Counted from the first letter of the stretch, positions 19,288 to 29,112 are shown. The stretch is 64,000 nucleotides of DNA from Nitrosopumilus sp. (GCA_965204345.1 OZ241981.1:1088001-1152000); one strand, 5' to 3'. Notes: generated from the sequence alone by a model not told the origin. Numbers and translations are program-made.

Positions 19288-19872
19288 TTATCTTAAAATG
19301 TATTTTCCAAGAATGTCAGTTTCAATATTAACTTTATCGCCTACTTTCTTGGTATGAAAATTTGTAACATCAATAGTATGAGGAATTAATGACACAGATG
19401 CAAGCGAATTTTTTATGTCAACAACAGTCAAGCTGATTCCATCTAATGCGATGGAACCTTTTTTCACGACAAATTTTGATAGTTTTTTGGGAATCTCAAA
19501 CCAGATCTGAACCTCCTTGGGTTTTTTTAGAATTTTTTTGATTGTTGCTATTCCATCAACATGTCCTAGAACAAAATGGCCTTCTAGACGATCGCCTACC
19601 CTTAAACTACGTTCAATGTTTACAACTCCGCCGGTTTTTAGGTTGCCAAGATCTGTTTTCTTTGTAGTCTCTTCAATCATTTCAAAAATACAACTAGATT
19701 TTGAGAGTTTGGTGGCCGTAAGACATACGCCATTTAGAGCAACACTTTGGCCAATTTTTAATCCCTTTGCATGTTTTCCTAAGTTTATGGTGATCTGGAT
19801 GGCACTCCTGTTTTTTGTGTTCTTTGAAATTTTTTCTACTTTTCCAATCCCTTCGACAATTCCAGTAAACAC
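19288..19872 (-). CDS. ribE: Riboflavin synthase, bacterial/eukaryotic homotrimeric type
   Basis: MFTGIVE N-terminus, GVCLT, NIERSL, GHFVLGHVDG, KGSIALDGISLT, VNIETD. Confidence 0.95.
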   Translation of the reverse strand: MFTGIVEGIGKVEKISKNTKNRSAIQITINLGKHAKGLKIGQSVALNGVCLTATKLSKSSCIFEMIEETTKKTDLGNLKTGGVVNIERSLRVGDRLEGHFVLGHVDGIATIKKILKKPKEVQIWFEIPKKLSKFVVKKGSIALDGISLTVVDIKNSLASVSLIPHTIDVTNFHTKKVGDKVNIETDILGKYILR

Positions 19873-19944
19873 AACATTTCAACATTGTTTATGTATAAAA
19901 TTCATTGTATAATGTAGTAGTCATACTGGTTATCAGATAAAATG

Positions 19945-20646
19945 TTATTTCTTTGATTTTGTAAATTCATCGTCACAGAATTGATGAAAGACGGAGCATT
20001 TATTTTCATTGGCATCATATTTTATCTTCGCCATATCCTTATTGAGAACTCCCTGTGCTGCCAGGAAAGCATCATCAGACATTCCTAACTTTTCAAACAA
20101 GCGTGATTTAGCAAGAGGTATTTCTTTTAATTCCGAATCAATTATTTGCGCTCTATCATAGAAATCTATGGCATCCTGATAGTTCCCAATGTGGCTAAGT
20201 GAAATAGCTTTATTCATTAAAGCAGTGACATCGTCGGGGTCTATTAGTAAAGAGGCATCATAGCATTCTAAAGCTTCATGATGGCGGTTTAGCTCATTTA
20301 GAGATATCCCCATGCTATTCAAAGCCCAGATATCTTTGGAGTTAGATGAAAGAATTTTTTTGCATAATTTTAAAACTTCTTCATATTGCTTGAGGTTTTC
20401 CAGCGCATAGATTTTATTTTTTAGGGCATAAGTATCAAAAGCTCTTATTTCTAGAACCTTGTTGCAATAAACTATAGCCTCATCATATTTTTTCAAATAA
20501 ATCAGTGATAATGAGATATTTTGTAATGCAACCATGTCGTTGGGGATTTTTTCTAATAGTTCTTTACAATATGCATACATTTGATCATATTTTTTTGCAT
20601 TAAACATCCTGGTGATTACATTTGAAGGATCAAGCAGATCAACCAT
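19945..20646 (-). CDS. Tetratricopeptide repeat protein
   Basis: Several 34-aa TPR units (ALNSMGISL...EALECYD...IDPDD). Confidence 0.88.
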   Translation of the reverse strand: MVDLLDPSNVITRMFNAKKYDQMYAYCKELLEKIPNDMVALQNISLSLIYLKKYDEAIVYCNKVLEIRAFDTYALKNKIYALENLKQYEEVLKLCKKILSSNSKDIWALNSMGISLNELNRHHEALECYDASLLIDPDDVTALMNKAISLSHIGNYQDAIDFYDRAQIIDSELKEIPLAKSRLFEKLGMSDDAFLAAQGVLNKDMAKIKYDANENKCSVFHQFCDDEFTKSKK

Positions 20647-20713
20647 CTTTACCAGATTTGACTAAAAATCCATTATCTTTAACCTATTCTAATAAAGTTA
20701 GAAATGGGAACAA

Positions 20714-20857
20714 TTATTTTAAAATTTTACGAAGTGTTTCGTTTAAAACCCTAGAATAACTATAAGACGATTGTTCTTGTTGAATTAATTTCGCTTGACG
20801 TAATCTAAGCTTTTTATCAATATCTTCGTCAATCATAATTGTAACACGTTTACTCAT
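20714..20857 (-). CDS. Small ribbon-helix-helix-like protein (47 aa, absent from ORF track)
   Basis: Manual translation MSKRVTIMIDEDIDKKLRLRQAKLIQQEQSSYSYSRVLNETLRKILK*. Confidence 0.75.
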   Translation of the reverse strand: MSKRVTIMIDEDIDKKLRLRQAKLIQQEQSSYSYSRVLNETLRKILK

Positions 20858-21214
20858 CATTATTATCATCTAGATAACGCAGTTTCTTCAATATAACACT
20901 ATATGAAAAATTCCAAAAATGAGAATGCAGTAATTTTGTATAATAGAAATGACTTGACTCATTTTGGATGGTTTTTGAATAGGATATGGAAAAATAAAAA
21001 AAATTGGTTCTTAATGGATTGCTAATTGAATCAGGCAAACATTAGGCAAAAGTAAAAAAAAATATCCAAATTACAATGTGTTTTTCAAGAAATAAAATCA
21101 GATATCAAAAAGGATAAAATTACAATAGCATGCATGCTAATAATAAGATGTTTGAAAAAAGTACCAGTATGAAATCAATTATAGAAATACACGAATAGCC
21201 GAATTAAAAAATAA

Positions 21215-22069
21215 TCATTTTACAAGATTTAGAAGGGCTTTTGCCTGCTTGAAATGTACTTCGTCTATCATTTTTCCGTCTACGGTAGTAGCTCCCTTGC
21301 CTTTTTTAGTTGATTTAAGATATATTTTGCATACTTTTTCAGCCCAGGATATTTCACTTTCATTTGGATAAAATAATTTATGGACTGTTGGAATTTGATC
21401 CGGATGTATGATGCTTTTTCCCGTATAGCCCAAACTTTTTCCTAGCTTGCAGTCTTTTTCCAAGCCCTTGGGATCTTTTAGGTCCTGCCAAATAGAATCA
21501 ATCACTGCTATTCCGGCTGCATGGGCATCTACAGGTATTTTTCTTCTAGAGTATCTCTCTCCCTCGGAATATTTTGTATATTCAATGCCCAAGTCATTTA
21601 ACAGGTCAAATACGCCAAAAACTATGGCAGAAACCCTTTTGCTAAAAGATGCAATATCAAATGTGTTTACGACTCCCTCTGCAGATTCAATTGAAGGAAT
21701 GATTTGGAGCGGTCTTAATTTTCGGGTTTTTTCTAGACTAGACAGGATTTTCTCGATTTTTTTTAGATCCCTGATATTGTTTACTTTGGGAATCACAATT
21801 CCATCAATGCCTTTTTGAAGTATTTCTTTAAGATCAGATGAAATCCTGCCTGAACTGGGGGAATTTGTTCTCACAAAAATTGAAGATTTGTACGACTTTC
21901 TAGATTTCAGCGCAGACTTGATTAATTTCCTTGCTTTAGTTTTCTCATTGTCAGGAACAGAGTCTTCTAAATCAAAACAGACAATGTCAGCCTGGATGCT
22001 CTTTGCCTTTTCAAGAAACCTAGAATTGTTTCCAGGGACAAAAATGAGGCTGCGGAAGAGCTGGGTCAT
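21215..22069 (-). CDS. CitE-like CoA-ester lyase (HpcH/HpaI aldolase/citrate lyase family)
   Basis: RSLIFVPG, DLEDSV, VRTN, IESAEG, GKSIIHPDQI, GKMID. Confidence 0.92.
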   Translation of the reverse strand: MTQLFRSLIFVPGNNSRFLEKAKSIQADIVCFDLEDSVPDNEKTKARKLIKSALKSRKSYKSSIFVRTNSPSSGRISSDLKEILQKGIDGIVIPKVNNIRDLKKIEKILSSLEKTRKLRPLQIIPSIESAEGVVNTFDIASFSKRVSAIVFGVFDLLNDLGIEYTKYSEGERYSRRKIPVDAHAAGIAVIDSIWQDLKDPKGLEKDCKLGKSLGYTGKSIIHPDQIPTVHKLFYPNESEISWAEKVCKIYLKSTKKGKGATTVDGKMIDEVHFKQAKALLNLVK

Positions 22070-22076
22070 TAAATGA

Positions 22077-23156
22077 TTAAGCGTTCTCTGGCTTCATTAA
22101 GATTTTGCCAAAGAGACCCTTGCCAGTTAACATCTTTGTATGAGCCTCAGCTGCCTGCTCAAATGTGTATGTTGAGTCAATAGCCGCCTTAATTTTTCCT
22201 TGACCCATCCAATACAACCCCTGATCAAGTTCAGCTTTAGTTCCTTGTGTTGAACCCAAGATGTTAGTTCCCTTAAAGAAGATGTGTCTTAGATCTATCT
22301 GTGCATCATATCCGGTGGTTGCACCACATGAGACCAGTGTTGCACCATACTTGAGTAGAGTGAGCTGTTTGTTGAAATGGGTTTGGCCAATATGATCAAA
22401 TGTTAGATCAATTCCCGGAGCTTCGCCTTTTGTTTTTGCAATCTCTTTTGAGATCTTAAAGACTTCTTTTTGCCAATCGTCTTTTCTATGGTCAACTGCA
22501 TAATCGGCACCGAGTGCCCTGCATTTGTCTAGTTTGTCTGGACTTGCAGTTGCGATAACATCGCAATTGTATAATTTTGCAATTTGAATCCCAAAGCTTC
22601 CAACTCCAGAGCCGCCTCCCATAATGAGTACTGTTTGACCCGGAGTAATTTTTGCTCTTCCTACCAACATGTGCCAGGAAGTAAGAAGTGTCATGGATGC
22701 AGCAGCAGCTTCATCATATGAAACTCCCTCGGGAATTTTTGATACGTTGACTTCGGGTAAATGGATTTGTTCAGAATAGGCTCCCCATAGGGGTCCTGTT
22801 TGAAAGCCCCAAACTTGTCTTTTGGTACAGTCAAATTCCCTTCCATCAGTGCATGCTTTACAAACTCTGCATGCAAGGTTAGAATGAGAGACTACTTTGT
22901 CTCCAACTTTGAAATTTGTTACATCCTCACCTACTGCTATCACATCTCCAGCTACATCAGAGCCAGAAACATGTGGAAGAGGGACAGCGACTGGAACTCC
23001 TCTCATTCCCCAAATATCATTATAGTTTAGGGCAGATGCTTTATTGGTAAAAATAACCTCATCTGGTTTTGGTTTTGGCTCATCTATATCCTGGACTTTA
23101 AGGATCTTAGAATAATTATCATCTGGTGCGTATTCGTTGTATACTACAGCTTTCAT
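22077..23156 (-). CDS. Zinc-binding medium-chain dehydrogenase/reductase (enoyl/acryloyl-CoA reductase-like)
   Basis: ALNYND, PHVSGSD, structural Zn CRVCKAC...C, GGGSGVG. Confidence 0.88.
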   Translation of the reverse strand: MKAVVYNEYAPDDNYSKILKVQDIDEPKPKPDEVIFTNKASALNYNDIWGMRGVPVAVPLPHVSGSDVAGDVIAVGEDVTNFKVGDKVVSHSNLACRVCKACTDGREFDCTKRQVWGFQTGPLWGAYSEQIHLPEVNVSKIPEGVSYDEAAAASMTLLTSWHMLVGRAKITPGQTVLIMGGGSGVGSFGIQIAKLYNCDVIATASPDKLDKCRALGADYAVDHRKDDWQKEVFKISKEIAKTKGEAPGIDLTFDHIGQTHFNKQLTLLKYGATLVSCGATTGYDAQIDLRHIFFKGTNILGSTQGTKAELDQGLYWMGQGKIKAAIDSTYTFEQAAEAHTKMLTGKGLFGKILMKPENA

Positions 23157-23197
23157 AGTTTATTGAAAATTTTTCCCATAATTATATTTTGTTGGGA

Positions 23198-23482
23198 TTA
23201 GACCCGATTTATCTTAAAATCACGTTTAGGCTGTTGCGTAGAGAGCAAAATTTGCTTTAACTGATCGTCATTAATTTGGCCAGGGATCTTGCCTTGTGTT
23301 GCCATGCCGATCAAATACTGCTCTACCATATCAGATAGTTCAGGTTTGACCATTTTGATGTTGTTGAGTCTGCTCCTAGCTTCAGGGGTCAGAACTTGTT
23401 TTAGAATTTGTTCTTTTTGTGCAGCTAATTCATTACTGGTATTATCAGCAACAGGAGGCTCGTTAGAATCTGGAAAATCCAT
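23198..23482 (-). CDS. PDCD5-like DNA-binding protein
   Basis: LTPEARSRLNNIKMVKPE...VEQYLI...INDDQLKQIL. Confidence 0.92.
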   Translation of the reverse strand: MDFPDSNEPPVADNTSNELAAQKEQILKQVLTPEARSRLNNIKMVKPELSDMVEQYLIGMATQGKIPGQINDDQLKQILLSTQQPKRDFKINRV

Positions 23483-23489
23483 TTTAAAT

Positions 23490-23942
23490 CTATGAATATA
23501 CTTTTAATTGTGGATTTTCAACGATTAGTTCCTTAAGAATTTCTGTTGATAGCCTATCAAGTTTTCGCATTCCGTGTTTAGAGACTATACGACCTTTCTT
23601 TTCGACTTTTTCTAGATAGCCAAGTTTTTCTAGGCCTTGAATTGCATTTCTAATAATTGCACCACTAGCATCCTTGTGATGGGCAGCACCATATCCAGAA
23701 GGTTTGCCACCGCCATAATCGTTTCTTAAAGCATTAATTCCAATTGGACCATTAAGGTAAATTTTTCTCATAATTGAAGCACATCTTGTATGCCACCATT
23801 CTCTATTTTGTGGAGGTTTATCTGCATGAGCTCCAGTTTTAACAAATGGAGCCCAAGAAGGTGCAGGAATATCTTCATTTTTTAGAGCTGTAGACAATCT
23901 TTCTATCAATACATCAGCAGGTACGTCATACACTTTTGCCAT
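23490..23942 (-). CDS. rps19e: 30S ribosomal protein S19e
   Basis: VYDVPA, WAPFVKTG, WWHTRCASIMRKIY, SGAIIR. Confidence 0.96.
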   Translation of the reverse strand: MAKVYDVPADVLIERLSTALKNEDIPAPSWAPFVKTGAHADKPPQNREWWHTRCASIMRKIYLNGPIGINALRNDYGGGKPSGYGAAHHKDASGAIIRNAIQGLEKLGYLEKVEKKGRIVSKHGMRKLDRLSTEILKELIVENPQLKVYS

Positions 23943-23973
23943 AAAGTCAAAAACTTGATAATCGTCTTATAAA

Positions 23974-24276
23974 TCATTGAGATATAATTTTACGATAAGT
24001 ATGCCCACACAGGTTACAAGAAATTCTGATCGACTTGGCAGATGTCCGTCCTAAACGAATCCTAGAATTAATTCCAGGCGCAATAAAGGATTTGCATTTT
24101 TTACAAAAAACCATTCTTAGATTATAGGGCATTCTAATTTTATGTCTAGTACTAATTCTTCTAGCAAGGAATGCCTGTCTTTGAGAAAGACTGGGATTTA
24201 TTTTGGCGTTTTTAATTGCATTTTCAATAAGAATTTGCATTCTCTCCATTGCAATTTGTCTTGCAGCAGGTTTCAC
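23974..24276 (-). CDS. rnp4: Ribonuclease P protein component 4 (Rpp21)
   Basis: IAMERMQIL, FCKKC...PG...RIR...CNLCG. Confidence 0.92.
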   Translation of the reverse strand: MKPAARQIAMERMQILIENAIKNAKINPSLSQRQAFLARRISTRHKIRMPYNLRMVFCKKCKSFIAPGINSRIRLGRTSAKSIRISCNLCGHTYRKIISQ

Positions 24277-24325
24277 AATTATCTCTAAAACTAGATCTAA
24301 AAATTAGTTCTGATAATAATTAGAA

Positions 24326-24399
24326 TGCAGTCAGCGGGATTCGAACCCGCGTCACAGGGTTGGAAACCCCGAATACTAACCAGGCTATACTATGACTGC
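24326..24399 (-). tRNA. tRNA-Gly (anticodon TCC), no intron, CCA not encoded
   Basis: Minus strand GCAGTCA-TAGTATAGCCTGGTTAGTATT-CGGGG-TTTCCAA-CCCTG-TGAC-GCGGG-TTCGAAT-CCCGC-TGACTGC-A folds as a cloverleaf. Confidence 0.96.
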
Positions 24400-24421
24400 A
24401 ACAAAATGCAGATTTTATTTC

Positions 24422-25090
24422 CTACATAAAAATGGTTTTTTCATATTCATATAGAATTCTAGCAACTACAACATGCCCCTCAAGTGACTCATCACCAACC
24501 GAATAATGATCTGTAAACCTGTTTTGAATTGAAGCTGAAAAATGTCCCTTTTGAAATCCTCCCAATACAAGACATGCATTATCTGTAATCTCTGTTGCAA
24601 TTTTTTCAAAAGTATTTTTACTGCCTTTGGTAGAAAAACCGATTACTTTGGAAGGCTTGATCTCACCAAGTATCTCTGAAAAAGTTTTCTTTCCAATCCT
24701 TAATAAAATATCACCATTTGACACAATCTGTTTTTCCTGATATAATTTTTCTATTAGGCCTGCAAATCTATGATATGATTTAGGAATGTGAACGTTACTG
24801 CCAAAAGATATCACATGATCATCAAGAGTATGAACAAACAGTCTCATTTTGTTTTGAAGGTACAATGGAATAGTTGTGGCTTCAAGAATTGAAAAATGGA
24901 CTAAATCTGGCCGTCCTCTTTTCAGTTCATTTTCAATTCCCTTCATAGCTGCAAAGTGCCAAGAATTATCCAGTAAAATTTTTGATGTATGTTTTCCAAG
25001 CTTTCTTGCATGTGAAACAACAGATGGATGACGTTGTAATTTAGGTGGAACAAGCTCTAATGAAGATTCAGATAAAATTAAAGAAATCAT
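24422..25090 (-). CDS. nep1: rRNA small subunit pseudouridine methyltransferase Nep1/Emg1
   Basis: ESSLELVP, LLDNSWH, RGRPDLVH, IPKSYHRFAGL, GGFQKG. Confidence 0.93.
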   Translation of the reverse strand: MISLILSESSLELVPPKLQRHPSVVSHARKLGKHTSKILLDNSWHFAAMKGIENELKRGRPDLVHFSILEATTIPLYLQNKMRLFVHTLDDHVISFGSNVHIPKSYHRFAGLIEKLYQEKQIVSNGDILLRIGKKTFSEILGEIKPSKVIGFSTKGSKNTFEKIATEITDNACLVLGGFQKGHFSASIQNRFTDHYSVGDESLEGHVVVARILYEYEKTIFM

Positions 25091-25091
25091 T

Positions 25092-26210
25092 TTAATTTAC
25101 CATCTCAATTTGATTTTTAAATTCACTCCAACCAGATTTTGGATTACCGTTATTATTGATTAGACCAGCATTACAAATGTAGTTGCTTACTCTTTCAATT
25201 ACATGCTCACTGCTTCCAAAACCAGAGCCCCCCACCGTAAGAGTATCCTCGCCAATTTTGGGCGCTTCAACCATACAGGTTCCCTCAGGTCGATCGTACT
25301 GTCTATACCAAGTGAAAAATTCTATTTCAGACTCATTTTCGGCATAAAATTCAAAGGAATTTTCTAAAAACTCTGTTTGTTGAGATTCGCTTCCTTGAAC
25401 AAAATCAGACGTGCTCCAACTAATCTCAAAAAGTCCAATTTTTTTATCGCCTGCTAAAGCAAACATCTGTTGTAGATCCTCTTTTGCCTGTTCTGGAGTT
25501 TTGACAATTTCATTAAGACTGTCAACTGGAGAATAAGAAAATGCTATAAAATCACCCACAGATAACTCAGCAACAATATCTTGAAGATTTTTATTTAAAA
25601 CTTGATCCAATGCAAAAGCATTTCCTATTTTTACAGCAGGATGTTTTTCTTTTATTTTATCATAGACTCTATTGAAAAGTTCCTTGTATACAGGAATATT
25701 TTGCTCATAAAATCTGAATTGTGATTCTGTTTGACCTGCAAGAATTACAGTATCAACAATGTCATACCTTGATAATATCTCATCAAGTACAGTAACAATT
25801 CTATCCTCACCTATAGAATTAAGAGAAGGCTTGCCAATCCAATTGGGAAAGGGACCAAGTGTTTCACCGTTAATTATAGAAAAGTACAAAGTGACTTTGA
25901 GGTTATTTTTTTTATTAAAGCTCATTAATGCGTCTGATTGCTGCCAATCATATTCTCCGCGTACTGGTTCAACCAAATTCCAAAAGAGATAGACGTTGCT
26001 TCTTCCAATTCCCGCATCTGATGCTTGAGAATAAACTTGATCTAATTCTTGCAATGTAATAGATTGATTTGGAGAATTGATTACAAGGCCAATTTTTTCA
26101 TTAGGATATGAATTTGTAATAATGCCAGGATCAGATGGAATCATGACCAAATAAGATATTCCAATAATGACTGCTACGCATAAAATTATGCCTATTAGTT
26201 TTTTGTTCAT
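25092..26210 (-). CDS. Membrane-anchored glycoside hydrolase-like TIM-barrel protein
   Basis: N-terminal TM helix; FWNLVEPVRGEYDW, AFSY, LFEISWS, GLINNNGNPK typical of clan GH-A. Confidence 0.75.
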   Translation of the reverse strand: MNKKLIGIILCVAVIIGISYLVMIPSDPGIITNSYPNEKIGLVINSPNQSITLQELDQVYSQASDAGIGRSNVYLFWNLVEPVRGEYDWQQSDALMSFNKKNNLKVTLYFSIINGETLGPFPNWIGKPSLNSIGEDRIVTVLDEILSRYDIVDTVILAGQTESQFRFYEQNIPVYKELFNRVYDKIKEKHPAVKIGNAFALDQVLNKNLQDIVAELSVGDFIAFSYSPVDSLNEIVKTPEQAKEDLQQMFALAGDKKIGLFEISWSTSDFVQGSESQQTEFLENSFEFYAENESEIEFFTWYRQYDRPEGTCMVEAPKIGEDTLTVGGSGFGSSEHVIERVSNYICNAGLINNNGNPKSGWSEFKNQIEMVN

Positions 26211-26258
26211 ATATGAATTGGAAAAAAAAAGAAAGTAAAAAAGTTGTGATTCTGTTAT

Positions 26259-28910
26259 TTAACCAGAGGTACAACCGCTGTATCCACATTCAATGCACAT
26301 GCTGCAGCCCTCAACAAAGACAAGATTGTTTTTGCATGTCGGGCATAGACGATCTTCGGAAACCTCTTCAATTTTTGGAGGTTCTAATTGAATTTCTTCA
26401 TCGTGTACTTTTAATGCTAATGCAGCATCAACTTGAGATTTGATGTATGGATTTGTAATGTTTTTAGTTACAAATTCAGTCATATAGTCGCTTGGAGATA
26501 CTTCAAATGTTTTTGTTGCACTCTCGCTGGTCATGTGAAGAACTTGCTTGTGTCTTGAACCGTCACGATAAACAGTCATTCCCTTTAGACCGATTTCATG
26601 TGCAAGCAGATATGCAGACTTTACGTCTTCTACTGTTACATCATATGGCATATTGATTGTTTTTGCAATTGCATTTCCAATCCAGTCTTGCCACACACCC
26701 TGAGCCATTAAATGGTCAGCCCAGTGAATATCCATTGCCGTAACAAAGACATCTTGCATTTCTTGTGGAATTTCATCAATTCCTTTCAAGGAACCATAAT
26801 TATCTGCAATCTTTTCAAGAATTTCATCTGTGTAAAGATCTTTTTCTTTTAATGCTTCCTCAAGAATCTTGTTTGTGTAGAAGAATCTTCCAACAGTAAC
26901 TCTCTTTTCAAATACCAGAGCAAAGGCAGGTTCCATTCCGTTTGAACAGTCTGCAATCATAGAAAGTGTTCCAGTTGGAGCTACAGTAGTGGTTAGGACA
27001 TTTCTAATTCCATGTTTTTGGATTTTGTCAATGAGCGGATCCCATTCATAAGAATGAGAGTCTTTTGATTTCTCATAATATCCAGATACGGGAATCTTGC
27101 CTTCAGGATACTCTGTCTTTGAGCAAAGTGGGAATTCCCCACGGGCACTGGCTAGTGCAACACTTTCTTCCATTGAATAGTATGTCAAGGCTTCAGATAG
27201 TTTTGATTGGAGTTCATAGCCTTCCTTGGAATTGTATGGAATTTTTAGTCTATACAATAGATCAGCTACTCCCATGACGCCAAGCCCAATTCGTCTAGAT
27301 TCTTTTGAGGCCATATTGATTTCTTGTACCGGATAATTATTTACGTCAATGATATTATCCAAGAATCTGGTGGTTTTTCTAATAATTTCTTCATACCCTT
27401 GCCAATCAAATTCATAAGATCCATCTGCCTGTCTCTTTGCAAGATTTACCAGGTTGATAGAACCCAAATTGCAGGATTCGTATGGGTAAAGGCTTTGTTC
27501 GCCGCATGGATTGGTAGCTCTAAGCGGGGCTTGTCTTGCTTTGGCAAACACATTGTATTTGTTAATCTGATCAAAGAAGATCAACCCGGGTTCTGCACTC
27601 TTCCATGCAGACAATGCAATTAGATCAATTAGCTGGTGTGCGTTGATCTCTTTTACCGGTTTTTTATCACGTGGACTGCGTAAAATATAGTTGCCATCAG
27701 TTGTGTTGACAAGTGCATGCCAAAAATCCTCCCAAATGCCGACACTTATGTTGAAATTTTCTAAAACTCCAGCTTCTGTTTTGTTGGTGATGAATTTTTC
27801 CACATCGGGATGCCAAGCTTCTATAATTCCCATATTTGCACCACGTCTTTTACCGCCCTGTTTGACAACTTCAGTAACAGTATTGATGATGTTCATGAAA
27901 GATACAGGTCCGGATGCAACACCGGATGTAGATGCTACAATGTCGCCTTCTTCACGAAGATCAGAATAGTTAATTCCAACCCCGCCGCCGGATTTGAAGA
28001 TTAGCGCTGCATCAGAAGTAGATTTCATGATTTCTTCCATGCCATCGTTCATGCCAAGTACAAAGCATGCTGAAAGCTGTCCTAATCTTCCGCCTGCATT
28101 CATCATTGTTGGTGAGTTTGGTAGAAAGTCCTGGGCTGTCATCATTTCAAAGTATTCGGTTATTTTATCTGAGTAACTTTCTAATTTCTTTGCGGCCAGT
28201 AATGTCAAGAGACCTTTGAAACTTACTTTCATCTGACCTTTATTTGCAAGAGCTGCATAGTGGTTGATCAAAGCTCTAAAATGCCATTTGTTGAAGAAGT
28301 AATCTCCTACTTTGAATTTATAATCAAAGGCATCAAGTTTTTCAAGATAAGAATTTGCCTCATCTACATCTTGCTTGTTGTTCCCAGACTTGTCAAAAAT
28401 TTGAGAGTCATATAACATATCGCCGATTCCAACTAGGATTGCAACCCTTTCAAACATTTGAGTTGGAGACTCTGTAATCTCACTTTTGCTATTTCTGAAA
28501 AGATATCGTGATGCTAGAACTCTCAAACAGTTCAAATCAAATTTTTTAGAGACTGGATCAAGGACCTTGAGATTCAAGACCCTCATTTTTTCGTCTCTTA
28601 ATTTTCTTCTTTCATGCCTGTAAACGATGTATGCCTTTGCAATATCACTATTGCCGCTATCGATTAAAGTTGACTCTACAATGTCTTGAATATCTTCTAC
28701 CGTAGGTGATCTAGAGCTTGTAAATCCTTGCTCCACCAACTTGTTAACTACATCGTCTGCTAGTTTGTCGGCAACGCCACGATCGGCTTTGGAGGTGGCT
28801 GCCAGTGCCTGATAAATGGCATTTGAAATCTTATCTTTATTGAAAGCCGCTACTGCGCCACTGCGCTTGCGGATCTCATTGATCGTATTCTCTATTTGTG
28901 AATTGTCCAT
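26259..28910 (-). CDS. nrdJ: Adenosylcobalamin-dependent (class II) ribonucleotide reductase with N-terminal ATP cone
   Basis: PNSPT, QLSACF, QGGKRRGA, TNPCGEQ, SCNLGS, APTGT, KGMTVYRDGS, C-terminal Cys cluster; start 28910 has GGAG upstream (ORF open to 28997). Confidence 0.96.
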   Translation of the reverse strand: MDNSQIENTINEIRKRSGAVAAFNKDKISNAIYQALAATSKADRGVADKLADDVVNKLVEQGFTSSRSPTVEDIQDIVESTLIDSGNSDIAKAYIVYRHERRKLRDEKMRVLNLKVLDPVSKKFDLNCLRVLASRYLFRNSKSEITESPTQMFERVAILVGIGDMLYDSQIFDKSGNNKQDVDEANSYLEKLDAFDYKFKVGDYFFNKWHFRALINHYAALANKGQMKVSFKGLLTLLAAKKLESYSDKITEYFEMMTAQDFLPNSPTMMNAGGRLGQLSACFVLGMNDGMEEIMKSTSDAALIFKSGGGVGINYSDLREEGDIVASTSGVASGPVSFMNIINTVTEVVKQGGKRRGANMGIIEAWHPDVEKFITNKTEAGVLENFNISVGIWEDFWHALVNTTDGNYILRSPRDKKPVKEINAHQLIDLIALSAWKSAEPGLIFFDQINKYNVFAKARQAPLRATNPCGEQSLYPYESCNLGSINLVNLAKRQADGSYEFDWQGYEEIIRKTTRFLDNIIDVNNYPVQEINMASKESRRIGLGVMGVADLLYRLKIPYNSKEGYELQSKLSEALTYYSMEESVALASARGEFPLCSKTEYPEGKIPVSGYYEKSKDSHSYEWDPLIDKIQKHGIRNVLTTTVAPTGTLSMIADCSNGMEPAFALVFEKRVTVGRFFYTNKILEEALKEKDLYTDEILEKIADNYGSLKGIDEIPQEMQDVFVTAMDIHWADHLMAQGVWQDWIGNAIAKTINMPYDVTVEDVKSAYLLAHEIGLKGMTVYRDGSRHKQVLHMTSESATKTFEVSPSDYMTEFVTKNITNPYIKSQVDAALALKVHDEEIQLEPPKIEEVSEDRLCPTCKNNLVFVEGCSMCIECGYSGCTSG

Positions 28911-29112
28911 AATAATCTCCCCGCAAGGGTTAGAATCAATGATGATAAAAACTATTTGCCCGTTTTTCACAAAACTTCGGTAGAAAAAAATTGACAACGC
29001 TACTATGAAGTTAATATTGCAATAACATTAATCGTATTGGAATGATCGCAGTGTTCGAAACAGATCAGAAATAATTGAAAAATGATCGTAACTAGTTTTT
29101 CATTTATGAATT

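Noticed and set aside
20850-21038. 62-aa ORF from the track
   Set aside because: Low-complexity AT-rich translation overlapping the better-supported RHH gene start
24326-24399. tRNA as integration site of a mobile element
   Set aside because: Flanked by core genes rnp4 and nep1; no integrase and no duplicated tRNA 3' end noticed in the window
26259-28997. Intein or intron in nrdJ (also checked atpA and the tRNA)
   Set aside because: Motifs are contiguous, lengths are normal, no intein C-terminal HN signature at known sites; the tRNA folds without an insertion
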